Below are positions 24,643 to 37,723 of a DNA stretch of 64,000 nucleotides, in pieces. Origin of the DNA: Dicyema japonicum. Lineage: Eukaryota > Animalia > Dicyemida. The stretch spans positions 1 through 64,000 of the forward strand of contig RDEW01000041.1 in assembly GCA_011109175.1 (NCBI GenBank). The letters run 5' to 3'. Under the pieces are notes generated by a model that saw nothing but the letters and a program-made list of their open reading frames with translations, made no database searches and was not told the origin of the DNA. A program made the position numbers and the translations under genes. How positions within the stretch are numbered: the stretch's first letter is position 1; the number at the start of each line of letters is the position of its first letter.

Positions 24643-25879
24643 ATTCGCTTTTAATTTCTTAACATCTTCACGGGGGTTAATAAGTTATCTAATATTCTGT
24701 TTTACCACCTTAGATTTAATTACTCAACCTCTTTAGGACTTTATCCTTAATTGAGTGGATTTATTCTCCCCAAAATTTATAATCTATTTGTTTACCCCCA
24801 GTCTCTTATGTCACGGAAACCGGTGGCTAAAGTAAAAAACCGAGAAATGGAAAATTTGTTATGATAAACATGGAAATTTTATTAGTTTTTTAAATGGCTG
24901 AGTAACCAGAGCATCCCCTTTGGCTGGAAATGAGAGCATATGGGGTATCCTGCTCGTGATATGAGAAGGAGTTAATTCGTCAATTACCCCTGTCTTACCA
25001 ACAAGTAGGAGACAGGATTGATAATCGTCTAAAATAAAGACTTGTATAAAAAATGACACCCTGCTTGTCTATGCAATCACCAATTTAATGAACAGGATGC
25101 TCTCTGGAAAACTCCCAGAAACGATCCCCCAAACTACTGGCTTTCGGATAAAAGGAGACCATTGCGGTGGGTTTCGCTTTCCGTTTTCTAGCGGCAAAAC
25201 TTTACGGCAGAGTTTACCCAAGCTTGTAAAAAATCTCAAGTCCATAATCACATTCTTCATCTGGTCAAACATAAGGGGTCACAATAGACGATCAACCAAG
25301 TCCAATCATCAAACCGAATACATACCGGCCAATGACTGTTGTTGATTTACTTAATAAGACAACATATCAGCAACCATATATATTCGTATATAAGAGGAAC
25401 ATCTCTGAATCTAGAGGTAGAATCAGTTATATAATTTCACCAGAGAATGTCATGTTGAAAGTTTAGCATCAAAGTGAGGTATTGGTTTCCGATGTTTCCA
25501 GAGTCCGTCACCTCGTCTCTACTCATGAGAAAAAGAAAGACAGGGGGTTTCACCCATATGAAGCTGAGAAGACATTTTACACAATGTATGCTACCACCCA
25601 ACGATCAATATTTTGCTATATTGTAGTTACTATTGAAAACAGAAAAACATACGGAATTAATCATAATTTTTTGCAAAAAAGAGTCTAACCTTGGTGGTCT
25701 GGATTCTTCGCTATCACCACTTCTCAACTTTATATATTTCCGTCATAAAATGCCACCAATTCTTTATAAAGTATTTCTTTACACTTGATCCCAAAATGAG
25801 ATACAAATGATCTTTTTGAAATAATAATGTTATATGGTGGCGATGGCACTTTTAATAAAACTGATCTGCGGCGACCATT

Positions 25880-26110
25880 TGAAAGTCCACCCCAAAACAA
25901 GTCGCTCCCAGAGATATTCCACTTTCATGTAGATTCCACGTGGTCCAGAGCGAGTAAAAAAACTTCCAGATCGTGTGGTCCTGACAATATTTTTCAATCC
26001 TTCCCGTTGGCCCTATTACGATTGACACAATTACATGTCAATGCAAATACTATTCCGAAAAAATGGAAAATTTCAATTATCGTACCTGTCTGTAAACTGA
26101 AAAACTAGCA
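25880..26110 (+). mobile_element. LINE RT N-terminal fragment
   Basis: SRSCGPDNI..IPKKWKISIIVPVCK. Confidence 0.65.
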
Positions 26111-26407
26111 GGTTTGTTGACTTTGTGGTATTTTGATGTTTATCACCCCGCTTTGAAAAGTTAGTACTTTTGAAAATTCGGTCTTACTTGATGTGAACTC
26201 CAGTCGGATAGGCAATGACTCACCTCCCTAACCCAATTTATTCCCAAATAGTGTACACAGACTTCACAAAGGACTGCGCTGCTCTCGTAAAATATCCAAA
26301 ATGAATTCTATTCGGTGTCACATCACAAGCATACGAGTCCCAATCGGATGGACCTCGGGAAGCATCAATGAAACATTACAGGAGGGCCCTAGTATTTAGT
26401 TGTCTAT

Positions 26408-26727
26408 ATTTAATTTAATAACCCCGGATACACCGAGAAAGAAGTTAAAGTAAACAACTAATTAAGTGTATCCAGTCTCCACTTCTACAGAAACAGAGTC
26501 CATCCGGAATCATCATAAAAGGTAAGACGTCCGTTACATGCAGTTGTGGAAACCCCTCCAGTAGAGTGGGGAAGAGCAAATGATCCTTTTTCGTGCCGGC
26601 CTGGCACTGGGCGTCACCTAGACAGGTGGATCACATGACGCCACTCTAATAGGAAAAAAAGGAGGAACAGACAAGCAAGCAGAAAACTTCAACCAATTAA
26701 CCACGCAGCACCACATGGCGCCACGCG
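26408..26727 (-). mobile_element. SINE family 2, best-preserved copy
   Basis: Homologous along its length to 17543-17850. The 3' end has GGATACAC/GTGTATCC and an AT-rich tail. Confidence 0.85.
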
Positions 26728-26813
26728 TCTATATCACCATAAATGAAGATATTTAACTTAAAGTCATATATTACAAAAATGGAATAACTCATAAAATTAC
26801 TATTATTACAATT

Positions 26814-28328
26814 TTAGAATAATTCTAATACATAGAATGTCATAATAATGGGCACTCCCACTATTAGGTTCAACCAAACAAACACGTTCCCAGCCAAAGG
26901 AGAACAGTATTTGTCTATCAAGTAAATTTGAGGGATCTATAATAAACCCATTTTACTACTTGAGAAACCATCGACAAAAAGGCAGAGACACGGAACAAAT
27001 TAAGAGGGACACTCACCAAATACTAAAATATAAATAATTGACAACCTCATGGAAGAGAGCCGACACCAAAAACACAGAATAAGTGGCTAAGTTCTTCGAA
27101 TACCCCTGCCGAATAAGGGACCGGTAAATATGTCTAATGATAAGTATATTCAAACCTGTAGGTCCACCTGTAAACTGGTAAATTCCACGTCTTCCAAAAC
27201 ACCCTCAAGCTGGGACTATTCCTAAAATAATTAAAAAACTTATAACCACCAAGCACCGTAGAACTCTCTGTCCTCAAAGCCTAAGAGTTCTGCCAAGAAG
27301 TTAAGACAGGAGTGGAAATACCAGTAGAACCCGACCAGATGAAGCATGTGATTAGGGACTGCAATTTTAATAACCTTCCAAGGAATGCTAGTCAGGGAAA
27401 ATGGTTTATCGAGGACAGGTTGAAGCCACTGTTGAATCAGGAAAACTATGAGATACAGGAGAACCACCTAAACTCTTAAATTCAGCCAAAACCATCTCAA
27501 ACAGCCTTTTTAACAAAAACGTGAAACATATCGAGTTCTTCCGAGGAAAGTTTAATTCATAGCACAGCGTGGGAGCCAAGACAAAGTAAACCAAATCTAT
27601 AAATAAGATATAACCACCAACCCCTCAGATTTAAATTGTCAGGGTAGTTTACTAGTGATCTAGAGGACTCTGACTTTTTATTACTGGAAGGAGCGTCAAA
27701 GATCACTGTCTGGTTTCTGCACCAAGAATTGACCCGAATGTATGAGTAAAGTTTAAGAACCAGATGGAAACCATGAAGGTGATAATAAATGAAACGACTG
27801 GAAATAACGAATGATTATACGAGGATGTGGTCCAAATGTGATAATAATTACGGCAGGGAGTACAAGCAGTGACGTCAGGTTGATACAATGGAAGACATTT
27901 GCTGCAAATTCCACTTTCCTGTTCTATTTGTGAATACATTAATCACTTTGCTTATGATTTTTTCGAGGACAAACGTGGTTGAGATCACATAAACCGAGGC
28001 TTGAATAAAAAGCAAAATTACTTAATATTATTCCAATAATGTGAGTTTTCTGATCCTTGCTTATAATGACCAAAAAGGTGATAAAAGGGGACCCTATTAA
28101 CCCAAATCTAGGTAATTAAGTTCGGTAACTTGAATAAATTGTCTAAGGCGAACCGTAGTGAATGAATTACCTAGTTGTTAGTAAATCTGGTCGTACTAGT
28201 AAGATAAAGGCTAGAGTTACAAATCCTCGAAAGTCTGAATACCCACTAGAATAACTCAAGAGGGAGCTACGTCGAGAATGTAGTCTTAAAATTACAATCA
28301 ATATATACGGATCATCGTATCGCATCAT
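26814..28328 (-). CDS. DGAT1: diacylglycerol O-acyltransferase 1 (MBOAT), multi-exon
   Basis: Spliced motifs [66 protein letters not shown] and SALFHEY. One extra A is needed at the run 27752-27754 to restore FLKLYSY..VNSWCR. Confidence 0.93.
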
Positions 28329-28479
28329 GTAAGCAGATTTAAATAAAATTTTTATAAAAATAAAAATTAATAATTAACATTTCTTATAATTAAAATATTA
28401 TTTTTATATTCTAAACGTGTTTGAACGTAGTTGCTTACAACAATAACAATTAATTAACAAGAGTTAACGAGTTTTATGG

Positions 28480-28962
28480 AAGGTGTACATCTGAGTCTTA
28501 CCATTAGGCAGGTCTCCACACCTGGACCCTTCCTCCGTTTAAAAATTTTTCTCAGAACGTTTTTTCCAGTTTTATATACATGTACGCTCCACAGAATCAA
28601 TTCAATATACCGGAAAACTATATTTATGATGAGCCCTCACTCTGGATCAACGGTTAATCTCCTACTCACGGAAGCTGCGACCCGTAGTCGGGGAACCGAA
28701 TTCCTTCAGGTCTATAAGGAGGACGGAAATCCGCTTTGCCTGTCCTTTTCAAAGGCAAAAGAAAGTCGATTGGTTAGGAAGTTCCCCTCCCTAATCGATT
28801 CCTCTTTCATGAATGAGAGAAGGCTCTTTCACACAGTAGTGGGAACAATGGGAGATCACAGGCGTTATATGGCTCGCTTGATTTCGGAACCTGAGATTAC
28901 CTAACTGTCTGGCGTTTTTTTCTGTCTTTCTTTCTCGCTGATCCAGGAGTTCTTAATAAATA
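28480..28962 (+). mobile_element. GIT-stop LINE 3' end
   Basis: ORF 28476-28904 is homologous to 10700-11050 and ends EPEIT-stop. Tail TCGCTGATCC..AATAAA. Confidence 0.8.
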
Positions 28963-29329
28963 TGTGTCTTGGATCTTTCATCTCCTCCTGAAACTATTGA
29001 TCCGATCCTTCACAATGCTGCTAATCGATTCTAACATTTTGTCTTCGTCCTCGCTTTGACAGTATCTCACTTTCTTGTTTAAGAAGAGGGATAAGATCTT
29101 CGGAGAGACCGCCCTTCGCACCCATAAAGTAGGCTAGGGAGAATAACTCCCTTGAAGATAAACAAGTAGTTGTCACGGCTAACGTGTAACTCTCGTGTAA
29201 TAGAAGCGACTGAAAAGCTCTCTTCCTCCTCTCCCTTATATCGCCCATGTAATCTCATGTGTGTCCATAGTCGACCACCAGGTAGCGCATTACTCCCACT
29301 GTGTATTCATGTTTCAGGTGTTTTGTCAC

Positions 29330-30290
29330 ATTGCTTATTCTGAGTGCGCATGATTTTACATAACGATTACGTCATCCGCATAAATAAAAAGGCTTGTATT
29401 GATATTTCTTGTACGTGGAAAACTCGACATAAATTTATTCAACAAAATAGGGCATTCTCTTCTATATGTCTGCTTAGCCATTTGAAAATGTTACGTTCAG
29501 TCACTTTCGCCAAAGAACATATTAAGCTAATTGGTCTGTAACTTGCCGAATCTCTCTTTGGCTTCCCTGGTTTTGGAATCATCCTAACGACAGCTTTCTA
29601 CCATATTAAAGGTAGATGGCCAAGTCGTAAACACTCATCATAAGGACATCGCAGATAGTCAAATAAAATATCAGACCCTCATTGATATCATTGATATGTG
29701 GTCATATCCAGGAGCATTAACCTTCCATTCTCTGATATTCGTCATCATTTCAAAGACGCTGATAGTGCCATCAACAATAAGCAGTTCCTTGTCGGAGTAT
29801 TCCAATATATTGGCAGAAACCTCCTTCTTGTCATCCGGTATCAAACACCATTGATCCACACCCTCAATTTTTGGAGCTAACCCCTGAATATCTAAGGTGC
29901 TTCCTCCGCAGTGCATACGCCCCCGTCTGGTTTATTTAATATAATCTTTTCTTCCCCCGACTTCGGACACATTATAGTATTTCCAAAAAGAGGATTTTTT
30001 ACATCAATCTTCGCAGCCTTAGTCTTCCATATACGGTCCGTTTCATCCTTCCATATAATGATGATTGCCTCCTTGATCTTCATGATTCTGGCAGATAAGA
30101 TTTCTCCTCTATTTTGTCGACAACGCCTCAACTCTGTCCTTAGGCGATTCCTCTCACGAATTAATCTCCTGATAATAGGCAAAACAAAATAATGAGTATT
30201 TTTGGAGAATACCCTTTCGCATAGAGATTCAGATATGACCGCATGACTTTGTATATTCTAAACGTGCTTTAACGTAACTGCTCGTAAATA
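29330..30290 (-). mobile_element. Jockey/I-like LINE RT fragment
   Basis: RRLIRERNRLR, KVNAPGYDHI and FIYADDVIV; shares sequence with 56040-56090. Confidence 0.7.
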
Positions 30291-31065
30291 TTTATAGTCT
30301 CCATCAATTTCCTGGACAAGTGCGAGAAGATCTCATCTATTCGAAAACGGAGATACAGAGTGAATGGGAGGTGGACTTTTGGAAAAAATTACCGTTCACC
30401 AACTCCTCTAGAAACAAGATCTGCAATCAACACTAAGTTAATTCGGCGACGTCCGTGAAACTCGGTGGTTCCTCCAGTTGATCTCGATTACTATCGTAAG
30501 AGATAAATATTTAGAGTTTTTAAATGTTTTTGTTTTTTATTTTTAGAGACATGAATTACCACGGTCGATCATCCCTGCCAAGGGTTTCGATAGTTTTTCC
30601 GATTTTCTAGATTTCTTCCGTCTGAAAACTGGAAGTCATCCCATCCAAATTATTTTCATCTATACGTGACAAACAAGGGGGTCAATAACTGCTACGAAAC
30701 CACCAGCCTCTAAAACACGTCTCTAACCACTAAAATATCAGATTGATACGTCTAAACAAAGGAGACGTATCAATAGTTCGTAAATGTCAAATAAATTAAG
30801 TTCCCCCATGTTCCGCATGCGAGACTATCATCCGATCGTTCGCATAATAACAATTGTAGATTTCACTAGTGGTGAGATTATGATGGTGGATGATGATTCG
30901 GTAATCATTATGTAACTCATCTACAAAACATCCAATAGTGGCACTAACAATTCCTGATATAATTCGTTTGGAAAATCACTCGAGCCTCTCACATTAAATG
31001 ATATAGAACAGTAAAATTCTGATTCCTCTTTAGACTTTGTGCAATTTAGTCGCTAACTGATTAAG

Positions 31066-31932
31066 TTTTTTTTTTTTTTTAAACAAAAAATTTTTTTAAC
31101 AATTAAACAAATGTCAGTTGAGGAAGCCTGCTGCGTGGATTGCGAACGAGTTCCCTCGGAGTATGGCTATTCCTATCTTTTGTCTTAGCCATAACCCTTC
31201 TCGTTGATCCCTTTTCTTTCTGGCAAGCAATCCTCCGAGTTCTTGCAAGAATTCAGCCGTCATTGGACCAACGGCTCCCGATGATTCGGTCGCAACAGGA
31301 GTAAATCGGTAGCGATCCCCGAGGCAAGAATATTTCTTGATTTTTAGGTTTTCCGCAGTCGAAGCAGCTGCTCCAGGTGTCTGAACCGATTTAAAAATGT
31401 TCGTGCTTGAGAACGTGTCTATGCAAGTTGCGTCCCAGACCAAAGATCTTCCAGACGTGAAGGGGAAAAGGGTCATCCCGTCAGGTCTCTTCCCATCTCC
31501 TCGATCAAGACCCACTGGTTCAAGCTGTGCTGGGAAGCCTGAAGCCTTCAGAGCTCTGACGATCACATCATTCAGAGCAGCATGACGTGGTCCCCTTCTG
31601 GCGCTTCTGCAGGACAGCGGGTGCAATCCTTTCACATCGACTGTTTTCCCGCATCGGCATCGGTGCTCCTGGCAAGCGTCTAGTCCCAGCCTTTGTCCGA
31701 TTCCAATCCTCAAAGAATCGTCGTCCAAAAAAGTCCCGAGGTTTGGGCAAGGTATTGCACCAAGCCATGCTCCACTCCCTCTACTTGAAGCTGACACCAA
31801 ACAAGCCAGACGATGTTGATTTGCTTCTTTTTTAAGGTCTTCCAAAATTTTGGAGCAGACAATGTCATCCCAATTTCTTTGCTTCGTTGTGTCTTCGGGG
31901 ATTTTGAGTCCGGACCCGTTCCATTTCCGAAA
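31066..31932 (-). mobile_element. CRE-clade non-LTR retrotransposon, 5'-truncated, poly(A)-tailed, with intact CCHC and RLE region
   Basis: SGAWL, CRCG..HPLSC (CCHC), RPDG..WDATC..KIKKY and ILRGN. Poly(A) appears as the T-run at 31066-31080. Confidence 0.92.
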
Positions 31933-33323
31933 AAGTTAAAATAATAAAATTTTTATCGACACGTGTTGCTCACGAACACAAAAAGTTCATTTTTATGCAA
32001 GAAATATTCAGAGTTTGTAGTCAACTTTTTGTTCAAATTCACTTCAAACAGATCCTTGTAAAGTGAATGAATAGATTTCAAAAAAAACTTTAAATAACTG
32101 GGATTTTGTAAATACTACAATATTCGAATGAAAGTCTCCAACCATAGTTGCCTCTGTTGAAAGAGCTATTTTGCTAATACAGTCGGACCTCGTTTCTGGA
32201 GCCACATCTTGGTCAAAAATGTATCCAGCTGCCCATGCTACACATGAATAGGGTGGCTGACATTATGACAAAATAATATAATCCTGATTGCAAATTTTTT
32301 GATTTTAAATATATTTTGTCCCATTTTTATGTAATTCTTAATACTCGCCTTGTCATTTTCGAAGTATAGTCATTGAATGTCGACTAATTGAGTAATCTCA
32401 GCATTCCGATGTTTGAAGAAGATCCATTTTATGGAATAATTTAATAAGACTTCAAGGAGTAATAATTAAATCCTGTGGATATCCAACATTCCTAAACAAA
32501 TTACGACGTGTTCGGTTGTTACTGTTGCGTTAATGCTAACATGTTTCTGAATATGCGCACTAATATTATGTAATAATGTCAGATTATCATGCATCACCAT
32601 GCCTTGCCAGCTATATTTTCAGATAAATTAATTTTACCAGAAATCATGTGAGGCATCAGAAATTATAAAGTATAAATTTATTTGAATTTCTCTCATTACT
32701 TTGTCTATTAAAAATGATAGGACATGTGATTCCAGTGTTTTACATTCCACCAAATAGGTTTTGTTGGGAAGCTAATGATTCCAGATATAACCACAACATA
32801 ACTTTGTCTTCAAATATGGGTTTCATCAACAATTATGATAATCTTTTCGTCCATGAAAGTTAAAATAAATCTTGATAGAATTTCATCAGGTTATTTGTTA
32901 AAATTTGACTGTACTTGCGTTAAAGAATTGTATTTTTTTAAAAATCAAAAATAAAGCTGTTAATAAATCGGCTGCTCTTATGAGTTAATTATAAAAATTA
33001 ATTAAAAAAGTTTAACCTTTAATATTTTAAATGCCATAATTCGTTTTAGCTGTAAGATTACTATTCTTGTCATTCCACATTGGAAATCATCACAATTTAC
33101 AATAAAAGAGGTCATTTTGAAGACGGATTTTGTGTTCTTATTGTGATCAGGTTTCCAAATTTTGACGAAAAAAATATTATCGTTAATTAGGGCTCTTAAA
33201 TTTACCTGAGTATGATTCCTTTAAATAATCGGAAACACGTAGAAGTAATCTCGCTATTAATTTCTATGCGGAACCTATATTTTGATTTAACTGATTAATC
33301 CGATCAAAAGATAGCAAAAAAAA

Positions 33324-33395
33324 GGGTCTCGCCGGGAATTGAACCCGGGACCTCTCCCACCCTAAGAGAGAATCATACCACTAGACCACGAGACC
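33324..33395 (-). tRNA. tRNA-Pro (anticodon AGG)
   Basis: 72-nt cloverleaf: acceptor GGTCTCG/CGAGACC, anticodon loop TTAGGGT, T-arm CCGGGTTCAATTCCCGG. A T8 terminator follows immediately. Confidence 0.97.
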
Positions 33396-34014
33396 ATGAT
33401 TTGTTTAGAGACACCCTTATTTGATTTTACATATCAAAAAGCAATAGAGGACGTTTGTCACCTAGATTCTGTAGGTCTTTGCCAAATTACCGTAGACTTT
33501 TGAGTCTTATAAGATGAACTTAGATGCGCGAAGCACGCTTTCGACCTATATTTGAGAGAAAGTCGTCCGTAATCTCTCCAACGATACTGGAAGTCTCCAT
33601 CGCTATAGAAACGAAATGGTAGTTCGCCCTAAGTGATTTCTACTTTTGGTAAATATAACATCAACTAACTATTACAATCTTCGAAGAGATGCGAACCCCA
33701 CGAAGGATTCTGGTTGAAGCTGAGGCTCGAAATAGTGGTAATCATAGATAACGCCTTCTCAATCCTGACCTCTCAACTAAAAATCTTTACTTGTCTTCTT
33801 TTTCAAAAAAATTGAGCGAATCTTGCTCGCCATTATGAGAGAAAACAGCTACGCATCAGGGCAGCTGCTATATAACCGTTTACTCTCTTTTCTTTCTCAA
33901 AAAATAAAGTTTTTTTTCAAAAATTAAAAATTTTTAGGTGGTATATTTTTAAATGCCATATTTGTGGTTTATAAATTCTATTTTTTTAAGTTCTATATTT
34001 TAATTCGGTCGTGC

Positions 34015-34285
34015 AGAACACACACTTTATTTTAGTAAAGAACAGTTAATATAACTAATCGTATAGGGAGAACCAAGGAATGCTCTTCACTTCTTTGTTT
34101 TTTTTTCTTGTGTGTATGTCCTTTTGACTATCCAGTTCCGCAGTGAATTTCCACTGATGACGGCGTCACTCGTCAAGCCCTTTCCGCATCGTATATGCGT
34201 GGAACCTTCCACCAGGTGAACAGCAGCGAGAATCGAACCCGTAACCTAAGCCACTTTAGCCCGACACCTAACCACTATGCCAACC
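34015..34285 (-). mobile_element. tRNA-derived SINE family 1, full head
   Basis: A-box TGGCATAGTGG and B-box GGTTCGATTC; the body matches 9600-9810. Confidence 0.9.
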
Positions 34286-34439
34286 AATTCTAGAAACTGT
34301 TCTTTAATCTTCGAATTCTGCCAAAACTGAGAAATTAATGTATTCTGAAAGTTAATTTCTTTAAATGTATTATTTTGAGGTCCTCTTTTAATTCGGAATC
34401 AGATTTTACTTTCCTTTAATACTTTCGTTCTTTCTGTCA

Positions 34440-34512
34440 ATAATTAAAAAAATCAATAATTAAAAATCCAACCACCAAATTTTGTCGATATCGGCCAGGT
34501 TGAGAACCACTG
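34440..34512 (-). mobile_element. hAT-type terminal inverted repeat
   Basis: CAGTGGTTCTCAACCTGGCCG on the minus strand. Confidence 0.6.
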
Positions 34513-34559
34513 TTGTAAGGTTTCGAATGCTTGCCATGCAGCTGATAAATTTGGGGTTG

Positions 34560-35780
34560 AACAAAAGATGTTTACCTGTCCCGACTTCTTAGACATCAAG
34601 GGCAATTTTGCCTAGGGTTGCAATAGCTGAAGAAAGATCGTGATATACATTCCCCCATAGTCCAGCTATTTTTGCACCGTTCAAGTACCACAAGTTAAAT
34701 TCGCAGTTTATATTATTTCGTTTCCCTATACTAGGCTGACTCAGTCCCGTACGATAGGTGTACAAGCCGGCAATTTCAGGCGCTCCAATCAAGTAACTCT
34801 CCAAAATAGATATCAAGCTTCAGACCTATGCATCGGCTTGGGGATCCCACTGAAGTAACTCCTCGTTGCGTGTTCTGCTTCCTCGCATCCACTGGCCACA
34901 CCCACGCCAAGTTGAGTTGGGGAGAGCTTTTCTCAGATACTAGAAGAGATTATCCAGGTCGTAATTTTAGCAGCTAACCTTCGGAAGTATGTCCGATCGC
35001 AATTGGGCAAACTCCACCAACTCCACCATCGGCAAACTCCAACAGCAAATATCGGGAGATCTTCCTGCAGCGTTGGGTGACGGTGATTCGAAGGTGGAGT
35101 AGTGTGCTTTCTTCTCAGTAATTCCAAATCTGCTGTTTCGTCACAAGGCATAACCCTTACTGCTGTACATACGTCCCCTTTCATCAGTTTTCTGTCAACC
35201 TTCTTTTTTAGTTCTTTAGAATTTTCAAGTTTTCGTCCTGCTTCAGGAGATAATTGTTCCCAGCCTCGATTTCCGAAGTGCTAGCGTGGCCAAAATTTCG
35301 ATACATTAAGACCTGTTCCGGGAAGTAATTTCGAGACTCGTAGGTGCCAAACTCAGTAGCTGTAGCCAAGAGGTCTGGTCATCGATACTGATGGCTTTAT
35401 CGATTGATAACTTGAGGCATTCCGCAGCAGAAATACAAGTGGCCTCGGGTATCTTTAGCGGAATCCGTTTAGCTTTTCTATTCTCCGATAAGCATAAAAA
35501 AGGGTTCGATGCTTCCGAAATACGGGAAATGATTTACTTCGACGAATTGGCGGTTCCGGATGAAATCAAATTCCATGCAACAATCGCAGTCAAATTTGAA
35601 AAAGGATCCCACCTCCAATTTCGACATTCTCACAAAACCAGGTGAAAGAATCTCCCGCAAGACGTACAGTTCAGGCCATACTTCTATACGTTGCAATATC
35701 GACAAGATGCGCACCCCTCCATCGATCTCACAAATAGAATTTGAGCTAACACGTCTCCTGCTCCTCTGTTAATGGATCTT
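34560..35780 (-). mobile_element. CRE-clade element, N-terminal and RT half with a PHD-like finger
   Basis: LNCTSCGRFFHL, KLMKGDVCTAVR, YFRRLAAK, PTQLGVGVASGCE and FNLWYLNG (degenerate YLDD). Confidence 0.8.
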
Positions 35781-35959
35781 TCAGCGATTCTAGATATCCT
35801 TTCATGTTCTTTCTTAATTGCAGAGAAGTCTTTACGGAGACGTTAAAAGTGCTTGACTATCAAAATAGAATTTATCTAAATAATCGGGCGTTTTGTAGGA
35901 CTGAGGAAGGTGGTAACTACATGATGACTTTTTCAAAAAATTGACCTCGTGATTATGAG

Positions 35960-36965
35960 TGGTCATTTCCCGTATTTCGAAGCATCCAAAATTCTGATTC
36001 TTTCAAATCTCTGAGGATCATATCAGACAGACGTCTGAAGCAATTCTCAATATCAGATTTGATAGCAAAGGCTGGTCCTAAGGAAAGATAAGGTTTGGAG
36101 GAATTGGTTAGAGGTCTCCTGCCGATTTGGCGATTCCATGCTATTTGTTGTCCCTCGCAAGCTACCATGTTTTAACCAACTCAATCTATGTTCCTTCAAG
36201 GATTGAGTCTGGGCCCTGTGCTCATACGGTCGTACAGCAGTTGACAACAAGCGGGCTCGATGTTCCGAAGAACTTTATCTCTCAAAAGGACTGGGATAAA
36301 ATCGTTTGAACTTGGAAGGTAAATATTTATCGTCGCACATGTTTGAATGCAGCGTCTGCTGGAATTCGGGTCCTGGCTCAATGCCTTCAGGTACGTGCAT
36401 TTAATACAATCTGCGTTGCTCTTCGGCTAGGCCTTAACGTCTGATTAGAACACTGATGTCGATGCGGTGGAATGGTTGACAGGAAAAGACTAAATTCACT
36501 GTCATGAGACTGAACGCCGGGAGATTCCCTTGTAGAGTAATGTTAATATCGACAGTCATGAGGGCTATTGAAGACCCCGGGTTTACATGCTTTATGGAAC
36601 CCGTCGGTCTTGACAGAGATGATGGCCAGAGGCCGAATGGCGTAATGTCCATGCCATGGAGCCAGGAGAGGTGTCTTACTTTGGATTTAACATGCACGGA
36701 CACTTTTTCTAATGGGAATTTGCTCAAGTCATAGTTGCGCGCAGGTTAAGCAGCGACCACTACTGAAGATTTGAAAAGGAGGGAGTACCATGGTATTGGA
36801 GACCTTTTTGCCTTCCACTGATCTCCATTGAAGGCGTCTGGCGTTATTGGCCCGATGACGTCTGAGTATATAAAGTTAAGGCGGCTTGTAAGACAGCGGA
36901 AGAGTGAGCCTAGAATGAGGGATGGCTCTTCCAGGGCATTGAGCTCGTGCTCATGTGGTAAATTA
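35960..36965 (+). mobile_element. CRE-clade element, C-terminal half
   Basis: EAILNIRFD..RFGGIG-RSPADLAIP, SGSWLNA and EPVGLDRDDGQRPNG..DLTCTDT. Confidence 0.8.
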
Positions 36966-37723
36966 ATATCATTAATTAAAATTATTGGCCAGATAATAGG
37001 AGAGGTGATTATTATTGTCCGATTATTAGTAAAAAGTAATTTGATTATTATTGACAATTTGAATAATTAACGACTCCCATTTATTATTTTGCATTTATTA
37101 GAGACCTTGGTAGTCATAATCGGATAATCACTTAGATATTTTGATTTAATTAAATGATCTCGTTTTTTGATTGAGGAATGAATACTGAAGAAATTGATAA
37201 TTTATGGCGACTTCAGTAATTAAATACTCGAGAAACTTTAATTTTACGAAAAAGCATTTAAATGTCGTTGCGAATTATTATCTGAATGCTACAGCTGTTC
37301 GTCTGTCTGTTTTAGGTTATTTTTATTTAATATGGTAGTTCGATGGACTGCCGAATTGAAGCTGTGAGTAAACATCCTATGCTGATATTGGTCACTTTGT
37401 GTATGTAACCTGTTCTGTGAATCCAAACGAAAATAAATTATGGCTAAAAGATGGGATCACACTAGAATCCAACTATAAACTATAATAATTTAGTGAAACG
37501 TACATCCTATATGAATTTGAACTGATTCTGTTTATTCCCGTAAACATACACACAGTGGGTGACTATATTTGTAAAAATGACAATGGAGACACTGTAAAAT
37601 ACTCACTTCATCTAAAATGTAAGCATAAATAGTCTATTTTAGCTGAAATTATTGAATTTAAAAATTGTCCTAATCAATATTATCATAAACATGGAGAAAT
37701 GGAACTATTGAATTGCTCTTCAA

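Noticed and set aside
28404-30285. Diverged direct repeat of about 35 bp at 28404 and 30251 as LTRs or a TSD
   Set aside because: No TG..CA ends, and the enclosed pieces are unrelated LINE fragments in opposite orientations.
32500-32900. Possible Tc1/IS630 transposase (IIVDET, VMHDN on the minus strand)
   Set aside because: Many stops, no TIR and no third catalytic motif.
34150-34175. CTGATGA hammerhead-like core in SINE1 copies (antisense to the SINE)
   Set aside because: No GAAA after a stem II and no cleavage triplet with stem I in any of three copies.
16285-34512. Two identical CAGTGGTTCTCAACC ends as one large composite transposon
   Set aside because: Both point the same way, so they cannot be a TIR pair.
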